Source: Haliotis rubra (taxonomy: Eukaryota). Taken from it: DNA of 64,000 bases. Positions within the stretch are counted from its first letter, which is position 1. Every line of letters starts with the position of its first letter. The notes below the pieces were generated by a model that saw only the letters and a list, made by a program, of their open reading frames with translations, did not search any database and was not told the DNA's origin. The stretch lies in the NCBI RefSeq assembly GCF_003918875.1, contig NW_025765181.1, positions 806,001-870,000 on the forward strand, read 5' to 3'. Shown one piece after another: positions 27,101-39,100 of the stretch. The translations under genes were made by a program, and so were the position numbers.

Positions 27101-30100
27101 ATATCACAAGCAATTTCACAGGAACTCTATATAGCACAGGTAACCCCAAATATCAGTTGTAAATGCCACAGGTAGTCCTCAACATCACAGGTAACCTTAT
27201 TTGTCTCAAGTAGCCATATAAAGCACAGGTAACCCCAAATATCAGTTGTAACTGCCACAGGTAGTCCTCAACATCACAGGCAACCTTATTTGTCTCAAGT
27301 AGCCATATAAAGCACAGGTAACCCCAAATATCAGTTGTAACAGCCACAGGTAGTCCTCAACATCACAGGTAACCTTATTTGTCTCAAGTAGCAATATAAC
27401 ACAAAATATAAGTAGCCCTTAACATCACAGGTAAAATTACAGGAAAATAGTACAAATACTACATGTATTACGAAGCTAGGGATGTAACACACATGCATCA
27501 ATTTAACCTGTTTCACATAAAATATTTCATTGTTGTTGGAATAATAAATCAATATTGCTTATTCTATCAAATATCAATTTTGCTATGGTGTGCAAGGTTA
27601 ACACAATAAACTAACCAACCAACTTCAAACAGTCTTAATTGTCATCTCAAACAGAAGGTATCTTCAGTATTGATATCAATGTGATCGTTATAATCATAGC
27701 AAGTGATGATTGTCTTCCATTGTGTATGGAATGATGTCATGAGATGAACAATGTAATAATGTAGTATGGAATGATATCACAAGATGAACAATGTAATAAT
27801 GTAGTATGGAATGATATCACGAGATGAACAATGTAATAATGTAGTATGGAATGATATCACGAGATGAACAAGATGAACAATGTAATAATGTAGTATGGAA
27901 TGATATCACGAGATGAACAATGTAATAATGTAGTATGGAATGATATCATGAGATGAACAATGTAATAATGTAGTATGGAATGATATCACGAGATGAACAA
28001 TGTAATAATGTAGTATGGAATGATATCACAAGATGAACAATGTAATAATGTAGTATGGAATGATATCACGAGATGAACAAGATGAACAATGTAATAATGT
28101 AGTATGGAATGATATCACGAGATGAACAATGTAATAATGTAGTATGGAATGATATCATGAGATGAACAATGTAATAATGTAGTATGGAATGATATCACGA
28201 GATGAACAATGTAATAATGTAGTATGGAATGATATCACAAGATGAACAATGTAATAATGTAGTATGGAATGATATCACGAGATGAACAAGATGAACAATG
28301 TAATAATGTAGTATGGAATGATATCACGAGATGAACAATGTAATAATGTAGTATGGAATGATATCACGAGATGAACAATGTAATAATGTAGTATGGAATG
28401 ATATAATGAGATGAACAATGTAATAATGTAGTATGGAATGATATCATGTGATGAACAATGTAATAATGCAGTCACAATACCACATGAACAACTGATGTGT
28501 CTGCACTCGTATAGTGAGTGAGTGAGTTTGGTTTTACACCGCTATTTTTAGCAATATTCTAGCAATATCATGGCAGGGGACAACAGAAATGGGCTCCACA
28601 CATTGTACCCATGTGGAGAATCGAACCCGGGTCTACGGCGTGATGAGCGAACACTTTTACCACTAGGCTATCCAACTTGTATAGGATCTGTACACAGGGT
28701 GCGTGATAACAGCTAATATAGGACCTGTACATAAGGGTGGTCATGGCCAATATAGGACCTGTACATAAGGGTGGTCACAACCAATATAGGACCTGTACAT
28801 AAGGGTGGTCACAGCCTACATAGGGCCTGTACGTAAGGGTGGTCACACCCTACATAGGACCTGTACATAAGGGTGGTCACAGCCTACATGGGACCTGTAC
28901 ATAAGGGTGGTCACACCCTACATAGGACCTGTACATAAGGGTGGTCACAGCCTACATAGGGTGGGACCTGTACATAAGGGTGGTCACACCCTACATAGGA
29001 CCTGTACATAAGGGTGGTCACAGCCTACATGGGACCTGTACATAAGGGTGGTCACACCCTACATAGGACCTGTACATAAGGATGGTCACAGCCTGTACAT
29101 AGGGTGGTCACATAAGGGCCAATATAGGACGTAAGGGTGGTCACACCCTACATAGGACCTGTACATAAGGGTGGTCACAGCCTACATAGGACCTAGTACA
29201 TACGGGTGGTCACAGCCAATATAGGACCTGTACATAAGGTGATCACAGCCAATATAGCACCTGTACATAAGGGTGGTCATAACCAATATAGGACCTGTAT
29301 ATAACAAGTCCTCAACATCAACAGCTCCTCCTCAGCAGTGGAACTCTGGACATTCACAAACTACTACATATAACAAGTATTGCATGTACTGCACTGCTCC
29401 TACCTGAGGGTCTGTTCTCGGTGTTGTATCTCGGCCATCTTCCGTCGTAATTCAACTTCTAGATTTGAGATTTCTGCCACATGGTGCAGGGACACTGAAG
29501 GCGACATCTACAAAATCAACACAGGCAGTTTAATTGCAACATCACAAAACATGCTTCAGACTATCCCTTACATCAGCAAACAGTGATACGCAACAAACAT
29601 GATGTAAACTAATTATATAAGTGGATCATTTATATATTACCTCACAAAGTTCCTGAAACTGTATGAGACTACAGTACAATTGCCCAAAGCAATTGTAATG
29701 TTATGACAATTGTAACTTCTATATTTTAAGAAAGTCTTGCTACAGTTGTAGGGCTTTCGGCTATGTTTCAAGAGGCAATCTTACCACTGTGACTCCCATA
29801 CTTTAGTAATTCTAATAAACAGCTACAGCAAACCATAGCTTGACAAATTCAGGTCCAAGACTAAATTCCAGCTTATCATATTAGCACTTTGACTGACATT
29901 GTCCTTTTATTCTAAAAGAGTCTGACATTGATCACAATGAAAAGACTGTCTTGTGGACTAGAGCCCATGTACTAAACATAGAAGAAACAAAACCCTTCTT
30001 GTCTTAATGACACAAAGAAGTGACTGATATTGTGAGCTCCGATCCATGTCATCAGGGTACAATGTCACAATATCAACCAAGTTCATAAGCTGCCCTTAAT

Positions 30101-33100
30101 GGCCCAATGGGGATCAATTCCAAAAAGGAATCACTATATGGATCACAAAAAATACATCATTTCACTGATCAAACAATACTCACTGGTTTGGGTTTAATAT
30201 GGAATGTATCTGTCGCCTTTTTCTCCCCCTCAACAATGAAATCCCTCAGGTTTGTGACTTCAGCCTTGAATGCTGTGATGTATTTCTCCAACTCCTCCAC
30301 CTTCTGTCGCCCCTGTTCCTTCTCCTGCTCCAGCAGATGCACCTTCTGCAGCAGCTCCTCGCTAGAGGACTCCTTTGTCCCCGAGTACCGTGAGCTTCCG
30401 TACTTCTTACTGGCTGGAGTCAGGTACAGTGTGGACGTTGAGGTATAGGATGGACCTTCCTTCAGCTTGGCATTTTCTCTTTCGAGTTTACCAATAGTGT
30501 CCAACAGTTCCTTCTGTTTGGATTCTAAAGCGGTCACTTGACTTTGAAGGTCTTTTTCCCTGAGAAATTGCACTGATTTGTTTGCACCAAATGGAAGAGG
30601 TTTCTTCAGAATGTCTTTAGTACGAGGTGAGGCGGTGGCAAGGGAGGTGATTTTTGGCAAGACTGGGTGGTGGGTGGTACTTTTCTTCTTTGGGTCAGAC
30701 TCTTGTCTGAGGTTCTTTACAGATTCACACAACTTTTCATTGTCTTTGGTAAGACTGTCACATTTAAGCACAAGACTAGAATTTTCAGACTGAAGCACAG
30801 AAACTCTGTCTTCAAGCTGTTTTGATTTATCACAGATTTCACTAATCTCAATTTGTAGAGTTTCTATTTGCTCTTGAAGTTCCTGTTCTTTCTGAACATT
30901 GACATTGATAGCACTTTTCACATGTTTCTCACTCTGCTCTAGAACTTGATGTTGAGCCTGAAGATCTGAGATCTTCTTCTCATATTCAACCTGCACTTCC
31001 TCTAGCTTTCCCTGAGTTGTCCTCAACTCCTTCTCCAAATCTTTCAACACACTAGACTCCTCTGTCTTGGACTTCAGCAGGCGATCCTCAACACTGGCAT
31101 ATGTTTTTGACAGGTGTTGTTGTTGGGAGACTGTTTCCTCAAAACTTTGAAGTTTTTCCTCTAAGCTGATCTTTTTATCATTGACAATTTCCACCATGTG
31201 GCGTTCTTCCTGAAGCTGATTCTCCAGGTCGACAATTTGAGTTTGAAAGTCAATGACCTGACTCTGCAGATCATTCATCTCATCCTCAACACTCTTCTTC
31301 TCATGTTTCAGGGCCTCCAGATCCTTTTTCAAAACAAACTCTGAACTCTGCAGAGAGTCAACCTTGAACTGTTCCTTTTGATGCAATCTTTCCAATGACT
31401 TCACCTTATCTTCCAATGTCTGTTTCTCTTCCTTAACACTCTCGGTCAAATGTAAAAGTTCCTCCTGAAGAATCATTTTCTCTTCTACTATTTTTTCCAC
31501 ATTTAGCTTCTCTTCATCTAACAGAGTTTCAATATTTGCTTTATCTTCCTTTAACTGTTCAACATAAGTAATCAAAGCTGAGGTATCAGATTCAGCACCA
31601 GTTGAAGCTCGTCTCATACCCTCTCTCTCACTATTACTCTCATCAACACTTGAACTACTCCTCAATTTCTGAACTTCACCTTTCAACCTATCTTCACACT
31701 GTTCCAATTCCATAACACGTTCCATCAGTTTGTCTTCTGATAGTTCCAACAGCTTCACTTTTTCCTTCATCTGCTTTGCCTGAGTTGTAGCACTTTCATA
31801 ATCCTGCAGCTTCATGGACATGTCCTTGTTCTCAGTCTCCAGCTCCTGAAGTCTTTGGAAAATTCCAGATACCTTCTTAACAGGTTCTGGTTTATCAGTA
31901 CCTGTCAGATCACAGGTTGATGTTGACTGGTCTGACATGTCCGGTTTAGAGGACACATCAGTGATGGTAGATGTCTCAGAACATAAAGTTCCTTCTCTTG
32001 AGAGTCTGGAGCTGGTCTCTAGTTGGTCATTCAGCTCTTGTTCCACCTGCTCTAGTTCCATGACCCTGTCCATCAGCTTAGTCTCGGCATCCTGCAACAC
32101 TTCCATTTTCAGACTCATCTTGCCCTGCTCATGGTGAAGCAAGTGCAGTTGTTCCTGCAACTCATCTCTCTCCTTCACAACTTCTTCAACCTTCTCCAGG
32201 CTTGAGTTTTCAGACTTGAGCTCTGACTGAATTGACTTCAGCTGAGAGACTTCATCTTCCAACTCCTTTTCTCTTTTCTGATGGCTCAACAGCTTCTCTT
32301 CTGACACTGTCAATTTGTCCCTGAGATTCTTTTCATTTTCACAACTTTCATTCAGTTTCACTTTAGCACTTTCACATTCACTCTTCCTCTTTTCAAGTTC
32401 TGCCAAGATATTATGTTTCTCATTTTCCAAAGAAAGAACACTTTTCAGGAGTTCTTTCTTGGCATTTTCAAGCGTTTCCATATCTTGAGACATAAGTTGT
32501 TGTTTTTTCTCAGACTGCTCATCAAATGATTTTGAGGCAGATAGTTTTTGTTTGAGATCATAACATTCGGTCTCAGCAGTTTCACATTCAGATTTAAGTT
32601 CAGATTTCTCATTTTCCAAGGTTTTCACACTGAATTTGAGATCCCCTACTAAACCATTCAAGAAGTCAATATCACATGTCAACCTGTCCAAAGATGACTG
32701 AATTTCTTCTTTTTCTGATGAAATATCTAAAATTTGAGTCCTGAGATCCTGGTTTTCCTTTCCCAAAGAAGCAACTTGTTCCGACAAATTCTGAATGTTC
32801 TTTTCCAGTTCACGTTTCTGAGACAACACTTGGTCTATTTCAGAAGAATGGTTTTTATTCTTCTTTTCAAAAGATTCAACGTCACAAGACAATGTCTGAA
32901 CTTGGCTCTCATAGTCTTTATTTGTCTCTTGAAGTTGACTCAGAGAAGCTCTCAAGGATTCTAGAACCTTCTTCTGTCCATCTTCCTTCCCTGTAAACTC
33001 ATCCAACTGATTTTCAAGGAACTTCTTATCCTGCTGAAGATTCCACACTTGGTCCTTCAGTTCTATCTTTTCTTCTTCCAGCTGATCACTTTCATTTGCA

Positions 33101-36100
33101 AGATCACTGACCTTCTTGGACAGTTCCAACTTTTCTTTCTGTAATTCAGTAACTTCTGTTGTTTTCCTCACAACAATTTCCTCATACTCTGCAAGTGTCG
33201 TCTCTAAGGATGACATTTTCTCAGCACCTGTCCGTTCACATCCCTGAGATTGTGAGAGTTTCTGTTCTAAATATTTAACACTTCCTACCTGTTCTCGCAC
33301 ACTCATCTCTAATTTCTTAATTTTCTCCAACAGTTCATGTTTTTCTTTCTCAAGCTCGGTTACAGCCAGAGACTTTGTTTGTTCCAGGGTTGAGATCTGT
33401 TGCACATATTTCTTCACATACACGCATTTTTTTCAAAGATTCACTCAGTTCAGTTTGGGCTTTTTCCATATTTTGTATTGTTCCTAATCTAGCAATTTCA
33501 TTCTCTTGTGCTTCTGTCAACTCTCTTTCTAACACACCACATTTAGAAACACTCTTACTCATCTGACTCTCCAACTCAGAAATCCTTTGTTTTGATGTGG
33601 AATCTCTCTTAGAATATTGAGACACTTTCTCCATCAGTTCCTTCTCATGCTTTTCAAGCTCTGCAATTCTAGCAGAGGAATGTGAACCCTTCTGTTCAAG
33701 TTTCTTCATGTCATCTTTCATTCCAACCAATTTGGCTTTTGCTTTCTCCTCCCTCTGATTCAGAACTTCAATCTCACCCTCAAGTTCAGCAATTTTAGCT
33801 TTCATACCTTCCTCTCTCTGCTGAATTGCACTCAAAGTCTCCTCCATCTCTTTCAGTTTCCCTGAAGCATACTCCTCTCTCTGTTCATACACACTAATCT
33901 GTCCACTCAACTCAGTAACCTTTTCCTTTGCTTCTTCTCCCTTTTTCACATACAGTCTGATCTTGTTCTCCAGTTTGTCAATCTGCTTCTTGAGGAACTC
34001 CTTCTCCTTCACAAGTTCCTCCCCTCTCGTTTTAGCCTGCTCCAACTGAGCATGTACATTCTTTAGCTGTTTCTCAAGGGTCCCAACTTTGATCTTGGCC
34101 TGCTGTTCTGCTCGGTCAAGTTTTTCCTGAAGAGTCATCTCATGATCTTCCAATGACTCAAGTCTATCCAGAAGGTTCTCCTGAGAACTATGGAGCTCCA
34201 TTATCTTGTCTTCATACTGAAGCATCTTCTCCACTGTAACTGCCTTGCTCTCATACAGGGCAATCTTTGCTTTCAGTTCTCGTTCCTCGTGTTCCATTTC
34301 CATTAGCGTTTCAGTCAGTTTCACTTCGTTGTCGTGCAAATTGGCAATCTTTTCATGCAAATTTTCAATTTTGGAATTCTTATCCTCTACAATATTATTT
34401 ATCTGTTCCTCTAATTCTTGTATCTTTTCAAACCCTTCAGTTTCGGTAATGAAGTCCAAATCCCTCTGTGAAAGGGACCTTTGGGGCATCGACACCTCAT
34501 AGCCCGCGGAATGGAGATATGGAGTTGAGAAAGACCTTTTAGCCATAGTCAATTCACCATTATTCTTTTCTGACTCGGACAACTCAGTAGCTAAGGAGGA
34601 AGACTGAGGAACATTATTATGAATGTACACATTGTCTTGTGCATCCTGAAGACTATTTTTGAGCTGTTTGTTCATGGCTTCCAACATTTTCACCTTCTCT
34701 TCCAGACACTCGATTCTGTTGGCATCCTCATCCGCCACCCTCCTCCAGTTCTCCCTCAACACCTCCTCATCCTCTTCCAACTCCGACACCTTCACGCTCA
34801 GCTTCTTGTTGTCTCTCTCTAACACACTTATGCGGCCTTTCAGACGCTCAGCAAACTTAACATCACCCTCAATGTCTGACTTCAGCTCCAACTGATGCCG
34901 AAGACTCTTTTCTGTATTCTGTAGTTCATGAATGATTTGGGCTGAGGCCAGTTCTGCCTTCTCCAGAAAGTCCACCTGTAAAGACAAGGTAACAATGCTG
35001 TTATGAATAGATAAGGTAACACAGTGGGATATCATCATAATGGCTAATGAAGAAAAATCAAGCTGACATCATCATTATCACGAATGTATGAAAAGCATGT
35101 AGTTTTTGTTAAATGTTTATTATATTGTAACAAGGAAACTGTTGCTAGGCAACTTCATTACAACATCAGCACAGTGGTGATATATGGGCACTGTACTGGT
35201 AATATTTGTAATGACTGGAATATAATGTGAAATGACAAAATGAATGTAAATTTTATTTCTAAAATCAATAACCTCCGATAACAGAAATACAGATGTTTAC
35301 ATGACAACACATGTTAACAACAAAGAAACATCAGGGACATAAAAGTCACAGGTATCAAGAAGCCTTCTTCAAGTACAGAAGCATGATGGGATGCCCTAGA
35401 AAACATGATACAGGATTTATGTCACCCTGTCTTTATCCATATGATCAACATGAAATCATTTTCTTTCAAACATGCGGATCTAGAATCTGTTGTCATGCAA
35501 CTTGTTCAAGACTTTAACCACAAAACACTGTTTGAAGCAAAACCAAAATGTGGGCATCTGATTTTTAACAGCAATGCATTTGCTCTGAAATGTAAAATAA
35601 CAAAATAAGCAACATGCAATCTTTCAATTTACGGAATTATTTTAATCTTTTCATGCTATTTACAATTTCACCTCTTAACCGTATATTTCATAACTGAAGT
35701 GATCACTTCATGATACAAACAGATATGATCTCGAAAGAATTTACTGAAGCACTTATTAGAGATGGTATCATGCCTGCATTCAATCATAAATGCTTGAAGC
35801 CTGCATCAGCCTCTATGAAGAAGGGATGGATACTCACTCAGATCCCTTCACATCAATCTAGTTTCGTAAACTAAGAACATGCTGTAAATCCAGTCCAACT
35901 TTTACATTAACCTCTCTACGCTTCTCCTTCATGCATCACCAGAAACAGGACCCAAACGACCCAACACACAAAGGGCATTCCGCCTGATGTTTTAGTATGA
36001 CGTATCTTAACCCATACAACCAACACAAGCTGAACAACACAAGACGCACGTCCTCACAGCGATTACTCTGTGAGGATTAATAATGATGCACAAACTAATC

Positions 36101-39100
36101 CATTTCCATTTCATGGAAAATTGTCATTTTATCCTAATCAATGCAACAGGAAAACAGAGGGAATTGAGAGAAGCAACAAATGCAGATATACAAACACAGG
36201 TTCTAGAGTGATATACAGAAATATCTGGTTTTGTTTTCTTAGTGTTAAAGGAAAATAACTTCACAGGTATTTGAGTGATAAAGGGAAACAACTCCTACAT
36301 TGATTCATCATGCTTTGGATCTTTTGTCTAACCCTCAATGCTGTTTATACACAAATTATTTACTGACTGCATTTGTCAATAACATGTTACAAGCATGATA
36401 TTTAAAGACAACAATACAATATCATTGCTGTGATTGTGAACGCTGTTAGACTAAACTATACGATTAGTTAAACACATTTCTGCACAAATCAATGATCGTT
36501 AATCAACTTCAATCCCATGATGCAACAGGACACAGAAACTGGGTGATGGATAGGACTAAAATCTACAAGGTCAAGGTCTCCACCAGCAGTCAACACGATC
36601 GGCATTGCAGATAGTAACAATCCATTCCCATGATGCCTTTCAAGCGGCCATGTTTTACCTTCTCGCGTAACGCTGTTTCAATAACATCTTTGTCCAGTAC
36701 GATCTCTTTCAGTTCCTGTACTGTCTGGTACAGTTGGCTAGTCTGCCTTTTCGCCTCACTTTCTCGATTGGTCAACTCCTCCACCTTTTCTCTACAATAG
36801 TTCTCACTACTCTCAAGGTCATTGATGGTGTATTCCGCCAGTTTCAGCTTTTCTCGTAACTGTCTTTCTGACATTTCTGCAGTGTGAAGGCGATCCTGCA
36901 AATCTTCACAGTATTCTTCCATTTCTGCTAACCGACTATCATATGACATGTCCAAACTCTTGTCCGACTCTTCATCAATTATTTTCTTCTCAACAAGTTT
37001 TTGTTGAAGAGACATATTTTCCTCATACAAAACCTGCATCTTTTGGTCCAGGATATCAAAATCAGCTTCAGTGTGTTTAACAAGTTCGTCATATTTGGCA
37101 GTTACACTTTTATCCAGCATCTTGGTGTTTGTCTGTGAGTACTTGTCCCTTCTACTCGGACTATCAGACCCAGTGGAATTGGTCCGAATCAGCTTCTCAT
37201 GAAACTTCTCCTTCTCACTGTCAGTTCTGTTCATGGGTTTCCCATGCTTTGTCTGCAGTTTGATGACCTTATCCTCCAGCTCATCAATCCTCCTCAGCAG
37301 TTTGCAGTTCTGACCTTCACATTCATCCAACTTTGTCTGGAGCTTAATGTTCTTCTCCATAAGCTCTACCTCCGACTTTTCGTGGAATAGAAGCTGATCC
37401 TGAAAAGTTGTTATGCAAACATAAAATGACATCTACTGTACATACATGATGGCCATCCTCTCACGACTCTCCCTCCATAAACAGTGGAATAAGATAGAAC
37501 AAAACTAGAACAGACAGTTAAAAACAGCAGTGAGTTATATTATGCAAATAATTTGAAAGGAATATACATAATGTGCAAAGCTTAAATAATTTCCATATTT
37601 GTTGTTTGTGAAACATAATATCAACATTATTGAACTGATTTTCAATACATGACTGATCCACTAAAGATGATATTTAAACATTTTACAACAGACAATTTAT
37701 CATTTTCATGCAGTTAAGTGTTCACTGCAAACCATGGTCTAAATCCAGTTGCCACACGGTCAATTTCAGTTCAATAAAACTGGAGAATAATGGGGTAAGT
37801 GTTAAGATAGATTAATTCTTTGCAGGGCACTTGATTAGTATTTTGAGAATATTTCTACATGTTATACTTTATATACATTTATACATTTTTCATTCATGCA
37901 ATTAATGTTTTGTTTGAATTCTACATTGTTAGTAGGGCTGAGGATTTAATATACAACAATCCATATAGCCTAAGAATCAGGTATAAAAAAAATAAATTTC
38001 TTCATGAATTTTCAGTGACCTGATTTATACCATGTAGTTTATCTGTGGAACTCTTAAAGTAATGAAGTGTCTTTTCTTTCTCTAGAAAATATTATTAAAA
38101 TATTTATGTAAAATACTAACAATAAAAACTGGACGAATAAACTCTCTGAGAGGTTTCATTTGGTATTGACAATTTTTAGAATATACATTTTGGCAGATTC
38201 ATTTTGTTTAAAAAAAAAAATCACAAAGAATTTATCAAAGGCCAATTATATAGGAAACATATCAGACAATTTCCAAAGAAAAGGTGTAAGTCCTATAAAC
38301 TGAGGTTAACAATGTCTCATGCAATGTGGTTAGCATATGATTAGCTAAGACTTTAAAGATGTGAGTGGGATAATGGTGAAATAAGGAAGACAGATAGTTA
38401 GTTCAACTGTTACATAAAGTGAAGAAGGTGGAATATTGCACAACAGCATGTTATAAGTCTTTGCACTGTTGAATAAGTGCCTGCAGACTAACAGAAACAA
38501 AAGGAGGTAAGAAAGGTAGAAATAGGAGGGAGAGTTATCCACTAATCCTTCCATCAACCACACCACTTGCCACCTTGCCAGTTCCGAGCAAGTCTCATTC
38601 TGATCACACAACTCCCATACCTTGAGTGCCAGCACCTCGACAGACTCATGCCTGTTTGGAGAGGGTGTTGTCGCTTGTTGGGTGGAGAGTAACATTTCCT
38701 CCAGAGTTGTCTTCTCTTGCTGGAGGGAAATGACCTTGGATTGAAGTTCTTTGGCTGTACATTCCAGGTTGATGATTTGCTGAAAGAAGAGTAAATGGAT
38801 ATGAGCAAACATACTGTCACAAGAAATGTACTCACCAAGACAAAAGTTACATACAAATTGACAAAGTGCATGTACCATGGTGCAATACCAGTCTTGAAAC
38901 AGTTATGATATATTTCACACTTGTGTTAAAATCAAGTACTCAAAGGTTATCACTATGCTTCCTCACTGCTTCAAAGGACTTTAAGAAATAATTAAATCCC
39001 ACTTTGAATTCCATATCACTCTGAAAGAGCACTATCAGTAAATCAGACACCTCACACATCAACCATACCTGTTCAGCATTCTTAAATTTATCCAGCTTCT

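Noticed and set aside
30107-34895. Plus-strand Ser/Phe/Leu-rich ORFs
   Set aside because: They are antisense shadows of the E/K-rich minus-strand exons.
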